From an archaeon (GTDB taxonomy: Archaea; Undinarchaeota; CAZHTU01; JBDRCC01), in assembly GCA_043822065.1 (NCBI GenBank), contig JBDRCC010000013.1:1-29957 (forward strand): DNA of 29,957 bases. Reading direction: 5' to 3'. Of the stretch, positions 8,768 to 17,909 are shown one piece after another. Position 1 is the first letter of the stretch; every line of letters starts with the position of its first letter. Made by a program: the position numbers and the translations under genes. The notes beneath the pieces were generated by a model, which saw nothing but the letters and a program-made list of their open reading frames with translations, made no database searches and was not told where the DNA came from.

Positions 8768-10237
8768 ATGAATTTTGATTTTAGGAGGCTTGTGAGGAAT
8801 CCCCTGTTCTGGATTTTAGTCCTTGCCCTCGCCTTTCGGCTGGTAAACATAAACGCCCCGTTTACTGGGCACCACGGATGGAAAGAAGTGCAAATCAGCG
8901 GAATGGCCGCAAGGTTTTTGGACGAGGGCAGCTGGCTTGTACCCAGGAATTTCCAGGCAAGCCCGCAGAGCGGCCCGCTCCCGCTTGCAGCGTGGATAAT
9001 AGCAGGCTTCTGGATGGTATTCGGAATTGCTGAATGGTCAGCAAGGCTCCCCATGATGTTCATGGGCGTCGCGTCAGTTTACTTTATCTATCTCCTTGGG
9101 AAAGAGGTTTACTCGGAAAGGGCAGGCCGTTATTCAGCGCTATTCCTCGCAGTTTCCCCCATGGCAGCGTATTTTTCAAGGATAACTGCAGAGATATCGA
9201 TTGTGACGCTCTGCACAATCCTGTAGGTGCTTTTCTACATCAGGTGAATACGGGATAACAGCAGGCAGGCAGGCCTGGCATCGGCCTTTTTCCTCATGGT
9301 GGCTGCCCTTGTCCAATACACCCCGCTTTACCTCTTCCTTCCGATTGGAGGGTATCTCTTTTGGAAAAGGCGGGACAGGATTGACGTGCGGCTCATGCTT
9401 GCATATCTGGCGATTGTGCTCGTGCCGCTTGCAGCGTGGATGAGCTATTCGTCGCAGTTCAGGCCGATGTGGGGTTCTAGTTCATTTGTTTCGCTGGTAT
9501 GGTTGGCAAACTTTGGATACTATGTCATCACGTCTGCAAGAATTGGATGGGGCGCCAACCCACTGGTTGCCATTCTCGCACTCTACTTTTTAGTCTATGC
9601 AAAAAAGAGGGAGGATTATTTCACGAAGCTTTGGCTACTTGGCGCGGCATTATACCTATTTGGAGTCATGCCGAAAGCCATGGGAAACAACTACTATGTT
9701 GCTCAGACCATGCCGGTATTCTGCTTCGCGGCAGGGATTGGCCTGGACAGGATAAAACTCAAGTTCCGGAAGGAGTACCTGCTGGTGCTGGCATTGTTGG
9801 TTTCCGCCCCGCTTGTCTACGTCCTTTACGACGTTGAGTACCCGTACGCTGACGCTGGCATTTATTTGAGGGATAGACTGGAGGCAGGAGACACCATAGG
9901 GTGGGTTGAATCTGCAGTTCCTTGCTATTATGCAGAAGTTCTGTGTGCCTACGTCCATCCGCTAGATAACCTGATACGTGTAGGGGAGGGGAAAAACTAC
10001 GTTGATGTTGCCTTGGGTAGAGCTGATTTGCCATATGCGCCAGAGACCCGGCATCTTAAGTACGTCGTCATACCATCGACCTATGAGAAGAACTATCAGA
10101 CAGAAGACTACGGACAGCATTTAGAACAGAACTATGAGCTTGAAAAGACCATTGAGGGAAAGGTGAACCTCCTTGGCGGAGATTATCGGAGAAAAACAGA
10201 GAAAGAGTACGTAAGGATATACCGGAGAATAGAATGA
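8768..10237 (+). pseudogene. GT-C fold (ArnT/PMT-like, GT83/GT39) membrane glycosyltransferase interrupted by two in-frame stops
   Basis: ORFs 8768..9226 and 9296..10237 are in the same frame. Read-through gives a continuous 489-codon membrane protein ('FGIAEWSARLP', 'SALFLAVSP...FSR', '...TIL*VLFYIR*IRDNSRQAGLASAFFLMVAALVQY'). TAG at 9224-9226, TGA at 9245-9247. Confidence 0.8.
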
Positions 10238-10941
10238 TTTCTGCTGAGATCTCAACAATCTGGAGGTACCAGGCAACTGAGAAAATAAAGAGGCTGCCAC
10301 GAAAGCTGAAGACGTTGGAGGTAGGCTGCGGCTCTGCGCCCTATTCGGAATTGTTCAAGGACTACACCGGATGTGACATTGACGGGGGCAGGTTCCCGAA
10401 GAAGGGGAAGTTCGCAGTCTGTGACGCGAGGGACATGAAGTTCAAGGACAATGAGTTTGAGTTCATACTCTGCTATGCCCTGCTAGAGCACGTGGCGGAG
10501 CCGGAAAGGATAGTTTCAGAGATGCACAGGGTTTTGAAGAAGGGAGGACGGGCATTTTTGACCTGCACCGCAAGGACTGGCTCTTATTTTGAAGTTTATC
10601 CGGTGCTTAACAAGTATTCCGGAAAGGGCTTTAAGAAGCTTGTTGAGGCGCCAGGCTTCAGGGTGGAGGAGTTCGGAACGCTGTGCGGTGGCTCGATAGC
10701 CTACCTGTTCGAGCTTGTCGATTTCACCATATTCAAGCTCCTGCTGAAGTTTGCCCCATCGCTGGTCCCGAAAAAGATTAGAGACCAGTTCAAGCTTGAG
10801 AGGCTTTCGAAACAGGAACTGAAGCGGGAGTACGGCGGAGTAATGGGCGCAAGGGCGGACCTGGTTAAAATCCTGTACAGGATAGAGTCAAAAATCCCTA
10901 CGCTAGTCCCAGTAACGTACTACGCCGTTGTAGTGAAGTGA
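10234..10941 (+). CDS. Class I SAM-dependent methyltransferase (type 11-like)
   Basis: 'LEVGCGS', 'GCDID', 'CDARDMKFKDNEFEFILCYALLEHV', 'EMHRVLKKGG'. ATGA overlap with the upstream gene. Confidence 0.9.
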   Translation: MISAEISTIWRYQATEKIKRLPRKLKTLEVGCGSAPYSELFKDYTGCDIDGGRFPKKGKFAVCDARDMKFKDNEFEFILCYALLEHVAEPERIVSEMHRVLKKGGRAFLTCTARTGSYFEVYPVLNKYSGKGFKKLVEAPGFRVEEFGTLCGGSIAYLFELVDFTIFKLLLKFAPSLVPKKIRDQFKLERLSKQELKREYGGVMGARADLVKILYRIESKIPTLVPVTYYAVVVK

Positions 10942-11844
10942 CTACTTCTCCTGGATTTCCTTTCTTAGGTAGGTTATAGAGTCTGCCAGAACCCCAAACA
11001 GGAATATCTGGAGGCCGGAAAGCATCAGCAGCACGCTGAACAGCAGAAGCGGCCTTCCGCCTATTGCCTGCCCGAGGAAGAACTTCTCATACAACAGGTA
11101 GACTCCAAACAGGAAACCCAAGCCGCCGATTACGCCGCTTACGATGGTATAAAAGACCACCGGAGAGTCGTCAAACTTCAGCCTGAATTTTAGCATCGCG
11201 AGGGTGAGAAACCCGATAAGGAGGCGGGTAATTCCGTACTTCGATTTTCCGTGCGCCCGGGGGTGGTGGTTTATTTTCACTTCCCCGACGGAGTAGCCCA
11301 TTTCAGACGCGAGGATTAGCAGGTTCCTGTGCTCGTCCTTCCTAAGGTTCATCCGGTCGGTGACCGCCCTCCGGAATGCCTTCATCCCGCAGTTAAAGTC
11401 GTGGACTTTTATCCCAAACAGGAAACGGGCGAGCCGGTTGTAGAGGTAGGAGGAGAATTTCTTTCCCATGGGGTCCTTCCTGTCCGCCCGCCAGCCGTTG
11501 ACCACGTCATATTTTTTCAGCAGGCTTATGAACTTTGGAATGTCCTCTGGGTCCTGCTGGAGGTCGGCATCAATGAACAGGACATAGTCCCCTTTTGCCG
11601 CCCGAAATCCCTTCGTGAGGGCTGCGGATTTCCCGATGTTTGTTTTGTTGGCCAGCACCCTAACGCCCCGATGCTTGGATGCGAGCTCCTTTGCGAGCGG
11701 GAGAGTCCGGTCGGTTGAGCCGTCGTCTACGAGTATTACCTCTCCGGAAAGGCCGGCTTTCTTGAAAACTGCAAGGAGTCTGCTGGTTATCTCCTGGATT
11801 GTATGCTCCTCATTGTATGCCGGAACTATGGCTGAAAGCTGCAT
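10942..11844 (-). CDS. GT2 polyprenol-phosphate glycosyltransferase (DPM1/ArnC-like) with two C-terminal TM helices
   Basis: 'IVPAYNEE', 'VDDGSTD', 'NIGKSAAL', 'IDADLQQDP', 'DFNCGMKAFR', 'HHPRAHGKSKY'. Start set at ATG 11844 (MQLSAIV); the longer ORF-track N-terminus overlaps the neighbouring gene. Confidence 0.9.
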   Translation of the reverse strand: MQLSAIVPAYNEEHTIQEITSRLLAVFKKAGLSGEVILVDDGSTDRTLPLAKELASKHRGVRVLANKTNIGKSAALTKGFRAAKGDYVLFIDADLQQDPEDIPKFISLLKKYDVVNGWRADRKDPMGKKFSSYLYNRLARFLFGIKVHDFNCGMKAFRRAVTDRMNLRKDEHRNLLILASEMGYSVGEVKINHHPRAHGKSKYGITRLLIGFLTLAMLKFRLKFDDSPVVFYTIVSGVIGGLGFLFGVYLLYEKFFLGQAIGGRPLLLFSVLLMLSGLQIFLFGVLADSITYLRKEIQEK

Positions 11845-11869
11845 ACGCCATATAATCAGACGCTGGTTT

Positions 11870-13165
11870 TTAATACTTGTGCCCTTCGACCACGGCAATG
11901 CTTCTGGGGAACAGGAACCGGGTCGCATGGGAGGCTGCAATAATGAGCCCCTTGTTTTCCACCGGCTTTCTGTGCAGGAATGACGTCCCTCCAGAGAGGC
12001 GGAACTGCCTGAACAGCGCCCAGTAGTCCTTGAAGACTGGTGGGATGAAGAACGCGGATTTTTGTCTTGCCTTGAAGCCTTCAAGCTTGATTGAATTGAG
12101 TGGCTTGTATGGGCCAAAGAAGTAGTACACCGCCGTCCGGGAGATATCATCCCCGCGGACTAACCGCAGAAGTGTGTAAAAAGTGCCGTAGAGCGAAAAT
12201 GCTTTCCGGTAGGCAATAAAAAGCCTGCCATTTTTTTTCAGGACCCGCCGGCACTCGGAGATTACTGCCTTGCGCTCTTTGGAGGGAATCCGCTCGAGCT
12301 TCAGGAGAATTGTGACTGCGTCAAAGGAGCCGTCCTTGAATGGAAACTTGGGGGTTTTGGAGACCTTCCTTGAAATCTTCCTGCCTGCAGCTGCCTGGGT
12401 GTATTCAGATGACTGGACTGAAAGGTCAAGTGAGGTGAGCTGGCACCCATTGGGAAAACAGCTTAGGAGGCTCCCGTCGTAGGAATACACATCAAGAACG
12501 CTTCCGCGCAAGGAAGCCAGCTGGCTAGCGATAAAATCGCGTTCCAGTGGGTTTGTGACCATCATGGGGGTTCCAGGGGACGTCTTCCTTGAGACTAAGT
12601 CCTGGTGGCGGGCGATGCCGTCGAGCGACCAGGAGTCCGGGTTGTGCTTCCGGCTTCCCCCGTCATGTGAAAACCGGTTCAGGCTGAGTATCTGCTTCAC
12701 GTCAGCCCGGCGCGGAGCCGTGGGCATTTCGGCGGAGTAGCCGAGGAGTACAAGGCACACCAGGTAAAAGTCCTTTGGCGCATTCAGTATCTTATCAATG
12801 CGCTTCCGGTTTCCAACGGATGCAACCCACAGGGAGCCAATGCCCTCAGCCTCTGCCGCGAGGATGAGGTTCTGGACTGCGGCGGACGCACTTTCTATGA
12901 AGTCAGGGTAGTTCCCCTTTTTGTAATAGACTGCGATGACATGGGGGGCGCTGCGGACTATGGTTGAGGTTCCTGCCTCGTCCACCATCCTGCTGACTAT
13001 TTTCTTGTCGTCAATTACGACAAATTTCCATGCCTGCTCGTTGCAGGCGGAAGGTGCCCACTGGGCGGCGCCAATAAGCTTTTCGATTTTCTGCATCGGG
13101 ACCTTCTGCGGCGTGAACTTCCTTGTGCTTCTGCGCCCCTTGAGTGTCTTCCAAAACTCAGGCAC
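11870..13165 (-). CDS. Nitroreductase-family flavoprotein fused to a class I methyltransferase-like domain
   Basis: N-terminal 'RRSTRKF', 'AAQWAPSACNEQAWKFVV', 'AVQNLILAAEAEGIGSLW'. C-terminal 'VLDVYSYDG', 'FPFKDGSFDAV', 'ECRRVLKKNGRL'. GTG start with GGAGGT upstream. Confidence 0.8.
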   Translation of the reverse strand: MPEFWKTLKGRRSTRKFTPQKVPMQKIEKLIGAAQWAPSACNEQAWKFVVIDDKKIVSRMVDEAGTSTIVRSAPHVIAVYYKKGNYPDFIESASAAVQNLILAAEAEGIGSLWVASVGNRKRIDKILNAPKDFYLVCLVLLGYSAEMPTAPRRADVKQILSLNRFSHDGGSRKHNPDSWSLDGIARHQDLVSRKTSPGTPMMVTNPLERDFIASQLASLRGSVLDVYSYDGSLLSCFPNGCQLTSLDLSVQSSEYTQAAAGRKISRKVSKTPKFPFKDGSFDAVTILLKLERIPSKERKAVISECRRVLKKNGRLFIAYRKAFSLYGTFYTLLRLVRGDDISRTAVYYFFGPYKPLNSIKLEGFKARQKSAFFIPPVFKDYWALFRQFRLSGGTSFLHRKPVENKGLIIAASHATRFLFPRSIAVVEGHKY

Positions 13166-14768
13166 TTATGGATACCTCCAGCTTCTCTGCCTTGATGTCC
13201 AGCCGCTTCTCGACAACGACCTTTCCGGAATTCAGCTTACTAGATAGGTTTTCCATTGGAAGCTCCGCCGAGAGCTCCTCCTTCAGGAAGTACTTGCTTG
13301 AAGGTATAAAGCTAACGGAAAACTTGTCAGACATGTAGAGCTTGGAGAGGGGATGCTTGCCACTGTTTCGCAGGGTGTCCCGTACCACCAGGACGTCACC
13401 CGGCACGATTTCCCGCGTGAGAGTGACCCCTGCGCGCCGTGACTTTGTTATCAGCATCCGCCGGAAGGCCGCTTTCACTGCCTTCTTCGAAGGAGAGAGC
13501 ATATTAAGCTTCATCGCCGCGCGCAAAGCAAGGACATTAGAGGTCTTAGGCAGTGGATAGCTCTGGTAGAAAAGGCTCGTATCCGTCTTTACTGAATTGC
13601 CAGCCTCGGTTTTGGCGCACTCGTCAAGGACGGATGAGCCAATCCGCTTCCCGCTTTTCAGCGCCCCGTAGTACCCGCAGTCAGAGAGAAGGAGCTTTGC
13701 CGGCTTCTTCTTGTAGACCTTCAGCGAGCCCTTTTTAGCGCTGTATATGAGGTAGGCGTTCTTTGAGGAGTGGACGTAAAGCCCGGATGAGCTGAAGTAT
13801 TTTGTGAACTGGGTGGAGTGCGGCAGGGGGGGCGGGTTCAGCTTTCCGGCATCGGAGTACGCCTGCAAGTAGGTGTATAGATTGTAAGCCAGATACCGGT
13901 CATCAATGTTGAGGCCTTCGGAGGATAATGATTTGCGGATGCTACTGGAGATTGCTGCTGCAGGAGGGTGTTTTTTTGCGAGAATTTCGAAGCCGTGTGG
14001 GATTAGGTATTCGGTGTTCCTGGAGCCATATTCCCCGCCTGCCGAGCCGGTCGGGTGGATAAAGTAGCGTATAAAGTCAACGGCTCTGGAGAGGGAGTTT
14101 AAGAGCCGGCCATCTCCGCTCTCCTTGTAGTACTTTGACAGGTAGTCAATAGCGAGGCTCAGGTATCCGATGTCCGCACCGCCATATTCGCTGAACCAGC
14201 CCTCCTTGTCTTGTTTGGAGAGCAGGGCGCCAATCTTTGATTTCGAGAGCTCTGCGTACTTTTCCTCGCCGAGCGCAGCGGAAGCCTTCAGAAGGGCGAG
14301 CGCGGCGCCGCATTCCTGGTTCGTTGCCTGGAACTCCCCATACGTGGAGATGAATTTTGCGGATTTAGCTATTGCATTAAGTGTGGCGTCGTCCGGTTTG
14401 ACGCCAAGGAGGCGGATGGATTCGCAGACGGCATACAGCGAAAAAGCGGTGGCGACGTAGCTGCCCTCGTTAGGATACCATTCGTTGAAGGAGCCGTCCC
14501 GGTTTTGTATGCCTGACCAAAAGGATATTCCGCCATTTGCGAGGCCGAGAATCTTTTCGCTTCTGTACCCTGCGTTTGGGGTTTTGTAGAGCAGCGCAAG
14601 AGTGAGCACTGCCTCCTGCATCCTTGAGCAGGGAAAGTCAACGACGCGGTAGTGCCAGTACTGCCTGTCAAAGCAGCCGTATGTCGGCGAGTTGGGGTTC
14701 CGGTCAGCAAGTCCCAAGAGCCGCGGCGCCTGCGAGAGAGCGGTACGCAGGTATACTTTAGAGTCCAT
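13158..14768 (-). CDS. Uncharacterised alpha/alpha-toroid protein with a beta-rich C-terminal domain (possible sugar epimerase/lyase-like)
   Basis: Helical repeats with 'IQNRDGSFNEW' and 'KQDKEGWFSEY' (QxxDG/EG-aromatic turns), 'GGEYGSRNT', N-terminal 'DRNPNSPTYGCFDRQYWHY'. Start at ATG 14768 is supported by an upstream TTTATA. Function is inferred only. Confidence 0.55.
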   Translation of the reverse strand: MDSKVYLRTALSQAPRLLGLADRNPNSPTYGCFDRQYWHYRVVDFPCSRMQEAVLTLALLYKTPNAGYRSEKILGLANGGISFWSGIQNRDGSFNEWYPNEGSYVATAFSLYAVCESIRLLGVKPDDATLNAIAKSAKFISTYGEFQATNQECGAALALLKASAALGEEKYAELSKSKIGALLSKQDKEGWFSEYGGADIGYLSLAIDYLSKYYKESGDGRLLNSLSRAVDFIRYFIHPTGSAGGEYGSRNTEYLIPHGFEILAKKHPPAAAISSSIRKSLSSEGLNIDDRYLAYNLYTYLQAYSDAGKLNPPPLPHSTQFTKYFSSSGLYVHSSKNAYLIYSAKKGSLKVYKKKPAKLLLSDCGYYGALKSGKRIGSSVLDECAKTEAGNSVKTDTSLFYQSYPLPKTSNVLALRAAMKLNMLSPSKKAVKAAFRRMLITKSRRAGVTLTREIVPGDVLVVRDTLRNSGKHPLSKLYMSDKFSVSFIPSSKYFLKEELSAELPMENLSSKLNSGKVVVEKRLDIKAEKLEVSISA

Positions 14769-14787
14769 AGCAGGAAAATAGGCGCGA

Positions 14788-14797
14788 CATATAAATA
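14788..14797 (-). promoter_or_regulatory. Internal TATA box
   Basis: TATTTATATG on the minus strand, about 20 nt before ATG 14768, in a 31-nt intergenic gap. Confidence 0.45.
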
Positions 14798-14799
14798 GG

Positions 14800-16479
14800 T
14801 TATCCGGTGAATTCGTAGACGCGGTAGCTGTAAGGGGCGCCCTCGAAGGTCCTAAGGTGTTTGAAGGCAGGGCCAACCGGCTCTTCCCGCAGGGTTATGA
14901 GCAGCCGGACGTCATTCTCCCTTGCTTTCACGAGCACCGTGTCATAATACGGCTCCTCGGTGCTGTCCTGGGTAAAAACCGTCCTCTCGCCGTAGAGCCC
15001 CCCCTGAACCAGGTAGTATTGCAGCTGGCTTGGCATGTCGCAGAGGATGTTGCCGTCAGTGTATGTCCCTGCAAACTGTGCGATTTCACTCCAGGGTTCT
15101 TCGAACCTCGCAGACCATGCGTAGCTGGCTATGTATTTTTCAGACGGGAGGTGGACAACGCCGAAGAGCACAGTAAACGCAAGGAGGGCATTCAGAACGG
15201 TCACGACAACGAGCAGCTTGTGGAACTGCGGCTTGTAATTGTCGCTCAGGACTTTCAAGAGATAAACTGTGAGGGGGATTACCGCAAACAAGACATACCG
15301 CACTGCTGGAACGTTTACCATTAGCATGTAGAGCACGAGCCACCCGATGCCCAGGGTTAGCGGGGTCATCCTGTCGAATTTCGTCCTGTTTTTTGCGTCG
15401 AGGTAGATGGCGAGGAGTAGGGGGATACAAGCAAAGCCGATGTCAAAAGCCAGACCCACCGGTTGGGGGTAATGCATAAGAAAAGAGGTCTCTGCACCCT
15501 GCAGACCCTTGGACCAAAAGAATGTGAAGTAGGGGACCTTGTAGAGCGCTAAGTAGCTCCACGGGAATACCAAGAGAAGGAAGCCAAGGAGCGTAACGGA
15601 AGCCTGGCGTATCGCCCGAAACATGCCTGTCTTGTATCCATGCCAAAGGACTATGATTGCGATTGGGGCACCGATTATTCCAACGTCATACTTCGTCAGG
15701 AAGCCTAAAGCCAGCGGGATTGAAAGGAGTAGCCAGTTGTCGTATGATGGGCTCCTAAGGGTTCTAAGAAGCTGGTACATGGAAAGTGTTAGGAAGAAAG
15801 TCAGCGGGATGTCAAGCATCGGCCGTCCGGACCAGTAGTAGACGGCTGGCAGGAAATATGCGAAAAGGGGCGTCAGTTTTAGAATTTCCTTGCGCACGCC
15901 ATAAAGCTTGCAAGTGTAATAGACTACAATAGAAATGCCAACGCCGCAGGCGAATGGAAAAAGCCGGGAAGTAATGGGGTTGACCCCAAAGGCGTAGAAC
16001 AGCCCGCTCCCCACAGAGTAAACGGGGGGAAACTTGAGAAAAGCTGCGGCAAAAACGCCTTTGTGGTGCGACACCAGGTACTGCAGTGCCTGGCTTATGT
16101 GGGGCATGGAGGAGAGGATTTTCATGAAAAAGTATCCGGCTAATGCGTGGATTCCCTCATCAATTTCGGATATGCCATGCATGAAGTTTGGCAGCTCGAG
16201 CAAAAAGGCGATCGGCAGGACTGTGACTAAAAGCTCTTTCAGTTCGATGAGATTGAGCTTTAGCTTAGTGGTTCGCTCATTCCAGTCTATTAGGAAGTAT
16301 ACTAAGGACAGCCCTACCAGCTCGACAACACCTATGACCAAAGAGTCAGTGAGCGTAAACCTGACTGCCCAGGTGCTGTATTCGCTATAATTGAACTCGC
16401 TGCCCGCTATCAGGAGGGAAAACGCAAAGCTGACGAATCCCATAACGGCTATGAAGGTAAGGGCTTTTTTCGTTTTCAT
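14800..16479 (-). CDS. GT-C fold (ArnT/PMT-like) membrane glycosyltransferase
   Basis: Many TM segments; 'IDEGIH' (DE motif in the first loop), 'KFPPVY', 'FGVNPITSRLF', 'MLDIPLTFF', 'LGFLTKY', 'RYVLF'. Confidence 0.85.
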   Translation of the reverse strand: MKTKKALTFIAVMGFVSFAFSLLIAGSEFNYSEYSTWAVRFTLTDSLVIGVVELVGLSLVYFLIDWNERTTKLKLNLIELKELLVTVLPIAFLLELPNFMHGISEIDEGIHALAGYFFMKILSSMPHISQALQYLVSHHKGVFAAAFLKFPPVYSVGSGLFYAFGVNPITSRLFPFACGVGISIVVYYTCKLYGVRKEILKLTPLFAYFLPAVYYWSGRPMLDIPLTFFLTLSMYQLLRTLRSPSYDNWLLLSIPLALGFLTKYDVGIIGAPIAIIVLWHGYKTGMFRAIRQASVTLLGFLLLVFPWSYLALYKVPYFTFFWSKGLQGAETSFLMHYPQPVGLAFDIGFACIPLLLAIYLDAKNRTKFDRMTPLTLGIGWLVLYMLMVNVPAVRYVLFAVIPLTVYLLKVLSDNYKPQFHKLLVVVTVLNALLAFTVLFGVVHLPSEKYIASYAWSARFEEPWSEIAQFAGTYTDGNILCDMPSQLQYYLVQGGLYGERTVFTQDSTEEPYYDTVLVKARENDVRLLITLREEPVGPAFKHLRTFEGAPYSYRVYEFTG

Positions 16480-17909
16480 TTTAGGACGACATGCAGGCCT
16501 TTTCGGACTATGCGGACAAATGAGTGCGGGCGCCGGAGAGTCTCCCGCAGAACCTTGGATATCAGGATGGGATTCAGATAGAAGAGCTTTCCGTACTTCT
16601 TTTCGTAGAGGCTGCGGCGGAGGTAGGCGTCAAGGTCCATGGAGTGCATGAAGCCCTTGTCGAGGTCGTTCCCCACTAGCCCGGCATATTCTCTTGCACC
16701 TTCCCACCACGGGCGTTTAGCTTTGTTCTCCTTTTGGGCGAGCAGGTATAGCTGCGTGTTTGGATATGGAATGGCAAGGGTGAATCCGAAGCTTTCTGCA
16801 ATTTCAGTCTCCGCTAGGAAAGCTATTGAGTTTTCTATTGAACCCATCGTTTCGCCGGGCAAACCAAGCAGGAAAAATGCGTATGGCGTGATCCCTGAAT
16901 TTTTTGTTATTTTAAAGGCGTTTTTTGCCTGTTTAAGGGTTATGCCTTTTTTAGTCATGTCCAAAACGCGCTGGTCGCCGCTCTCGAGGCCGTAGTAGAT
17001 ATACTCGCAGCCGGCGGACTTCATTTTCCCAAGCAGTTCCTCGTCGACGCTCGTTACCCGGCACGTACATCCCCACCTGAGCTTCAATGGAGCGATGAGA
17101 TGGCATATCTCAATAGCCCGCTTTTTGTTTAGTACAAATTCAAGGTCGCCGAAGTAAAATGACTTGAGCCCGTATTCTTCCTTGAGCATTTTCAGCTCCT
17201 CGAAAACGGAGGACGGCTTTCTATAGCGGTAGCCTGAGCCGTAGAATGACTTGTAGCAGAAGGTGCACCGGAACGGGCAGCCCCGGCTCGAGAGGAGCCT
17301 GACAAAAGGCGTTGACTTTAGCATAGCGTCACCGTACAACTCCATCCGGAGGAGGTGATATGCCGGGCAGGGGAGGGAATTGATATCCCGTATGAGGGGG
17401 CGCTCTGGATTATGGCGTATTTTCTTGCCGCGGAAGCTTAAGCCCTTTATGTTGTCAACGCGCTTGCCAGTATTTAAGGCAACCACCAGCTCTTTGATTG
17501 TCATCTCCGGCTCGTTTCGGACAATGTATTTTACTTGTGGAAACTTGCTAAAGAAGTACTCCGGTTCTGTAGTGGGGTGCGGGCCCATAAGGCAGACTGA
17601 CTTGAAGAGCCGTATGGTGTCCTCGACCGGCTTGATGTCGAGATAGGGGCACTGCCACCTGTCGAACGGGGCAGAGCTTATGACGATGAGGTCGGCGGAG
17701 GATTCTGTGACTTTTTTCTTTAGCTCATCGAGGCTTAGCCTCTCTGCATTTGCGTCGATTATGGAAACTGCATGCCCCTCCTTTTCGAGAATTGCCGCTG
17801 GGTAGGCTAGGTCGAGCGGGGGGACGACGCGGTTTGGAAAGACCAGGTTGACGTTAATCTTGTTTGCGTATGGGTACTCATATGCAGGGTTGATGAGGCA
17901 GACTCTCAT
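16476..17909 (-). CDS. Cobalamin-binding radical SAM protein #4
   Basis: 'LINP', 'PPLDLAY', 'MGPHPT', 'RNEPE'; 'SRGCPFRCTFC'; 'GLESGDQ', 'GLPGET', 'PYPNTQLY'. ATGA overlaps on both sides. Confidence 0.9.
   Translation of the reverse strand: MRVCLINPAYEYPYANKINVNLVFPNRVVPPLDLAYPAAILEKEGHAVSIIDANAERLSLDELKKKVTESSADLIVISSAPFDRWQCPYLDIKPVEDTIRLFKSVCLMGPHPTTEPEYFFSKFPQVKYIVRNEPEMTIKELVVALNTGKRVDNIKGLSFRGKKIRHNPERPLIRDINSLPCPAYHLLRMELYGDAMLKSTPFVRLLSSRGCPFRCTFCYKSFYGSGYRYRKPSSVFEELKMLKEEYGLKSFYFGDLEFVLNKKRAIEICHLIAPLKLRWGCTCRVTSVDEELLGKMKSAGCEYIYYGLESGDQRVLDMTKKGITLKQAKNAFKITKNSGITPYAFFLLGLPGETMGSIENSIAFLAETEIAESFGFTLAIPYPNTQLYLLAQKENKAKRPWWEGAREYAGLVGNDLDKGFMHSMDLDAYLRRSLYEKKYGKLFYLNPILISKVLRETLRRPHSFVRIVRKGLHVVLK

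Noticed and set aside
9224-9247. Genetic-code reassignment, pyrrolysine or selenocysteine as the explanation for the in-frame TAG and TGA
   Set aside because: TAG and TGA both end otherwise complete genes in this window (e.g. TAG at 869, 3338, 8706; TGA at 2187, 10237). The stops sit in a TM helix, not a catalytic site, and no pyl/sel genes are visible.
9261-9274. (GCAG)3 short tandem repeat as a phase-variation tract
   Set aside because: Only three units, and the reading frame is preserved across it. The gene is broken by substitutions, not slippage.
11845-12150. 102-aa N-terminal extension of the GT2 in the ORF track
   Set aside because: Low-complexity translation that overlaps the nitroreductase-fusion gene in another frame. 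The GT2 domain begins at ATG 11844. Similar over-extensions were trimmed at 4812, 14876 and 24163.
13158-14768. Squalene-hopene cyclase (with the radical SAM genes as hpnP/hpnJ), or AglQ
   Set aside because: QW-like turns are present but there is no DxDD motif and no other hopanoid genes. I could not match the sequence to AglQ, so no symbol was assigned.
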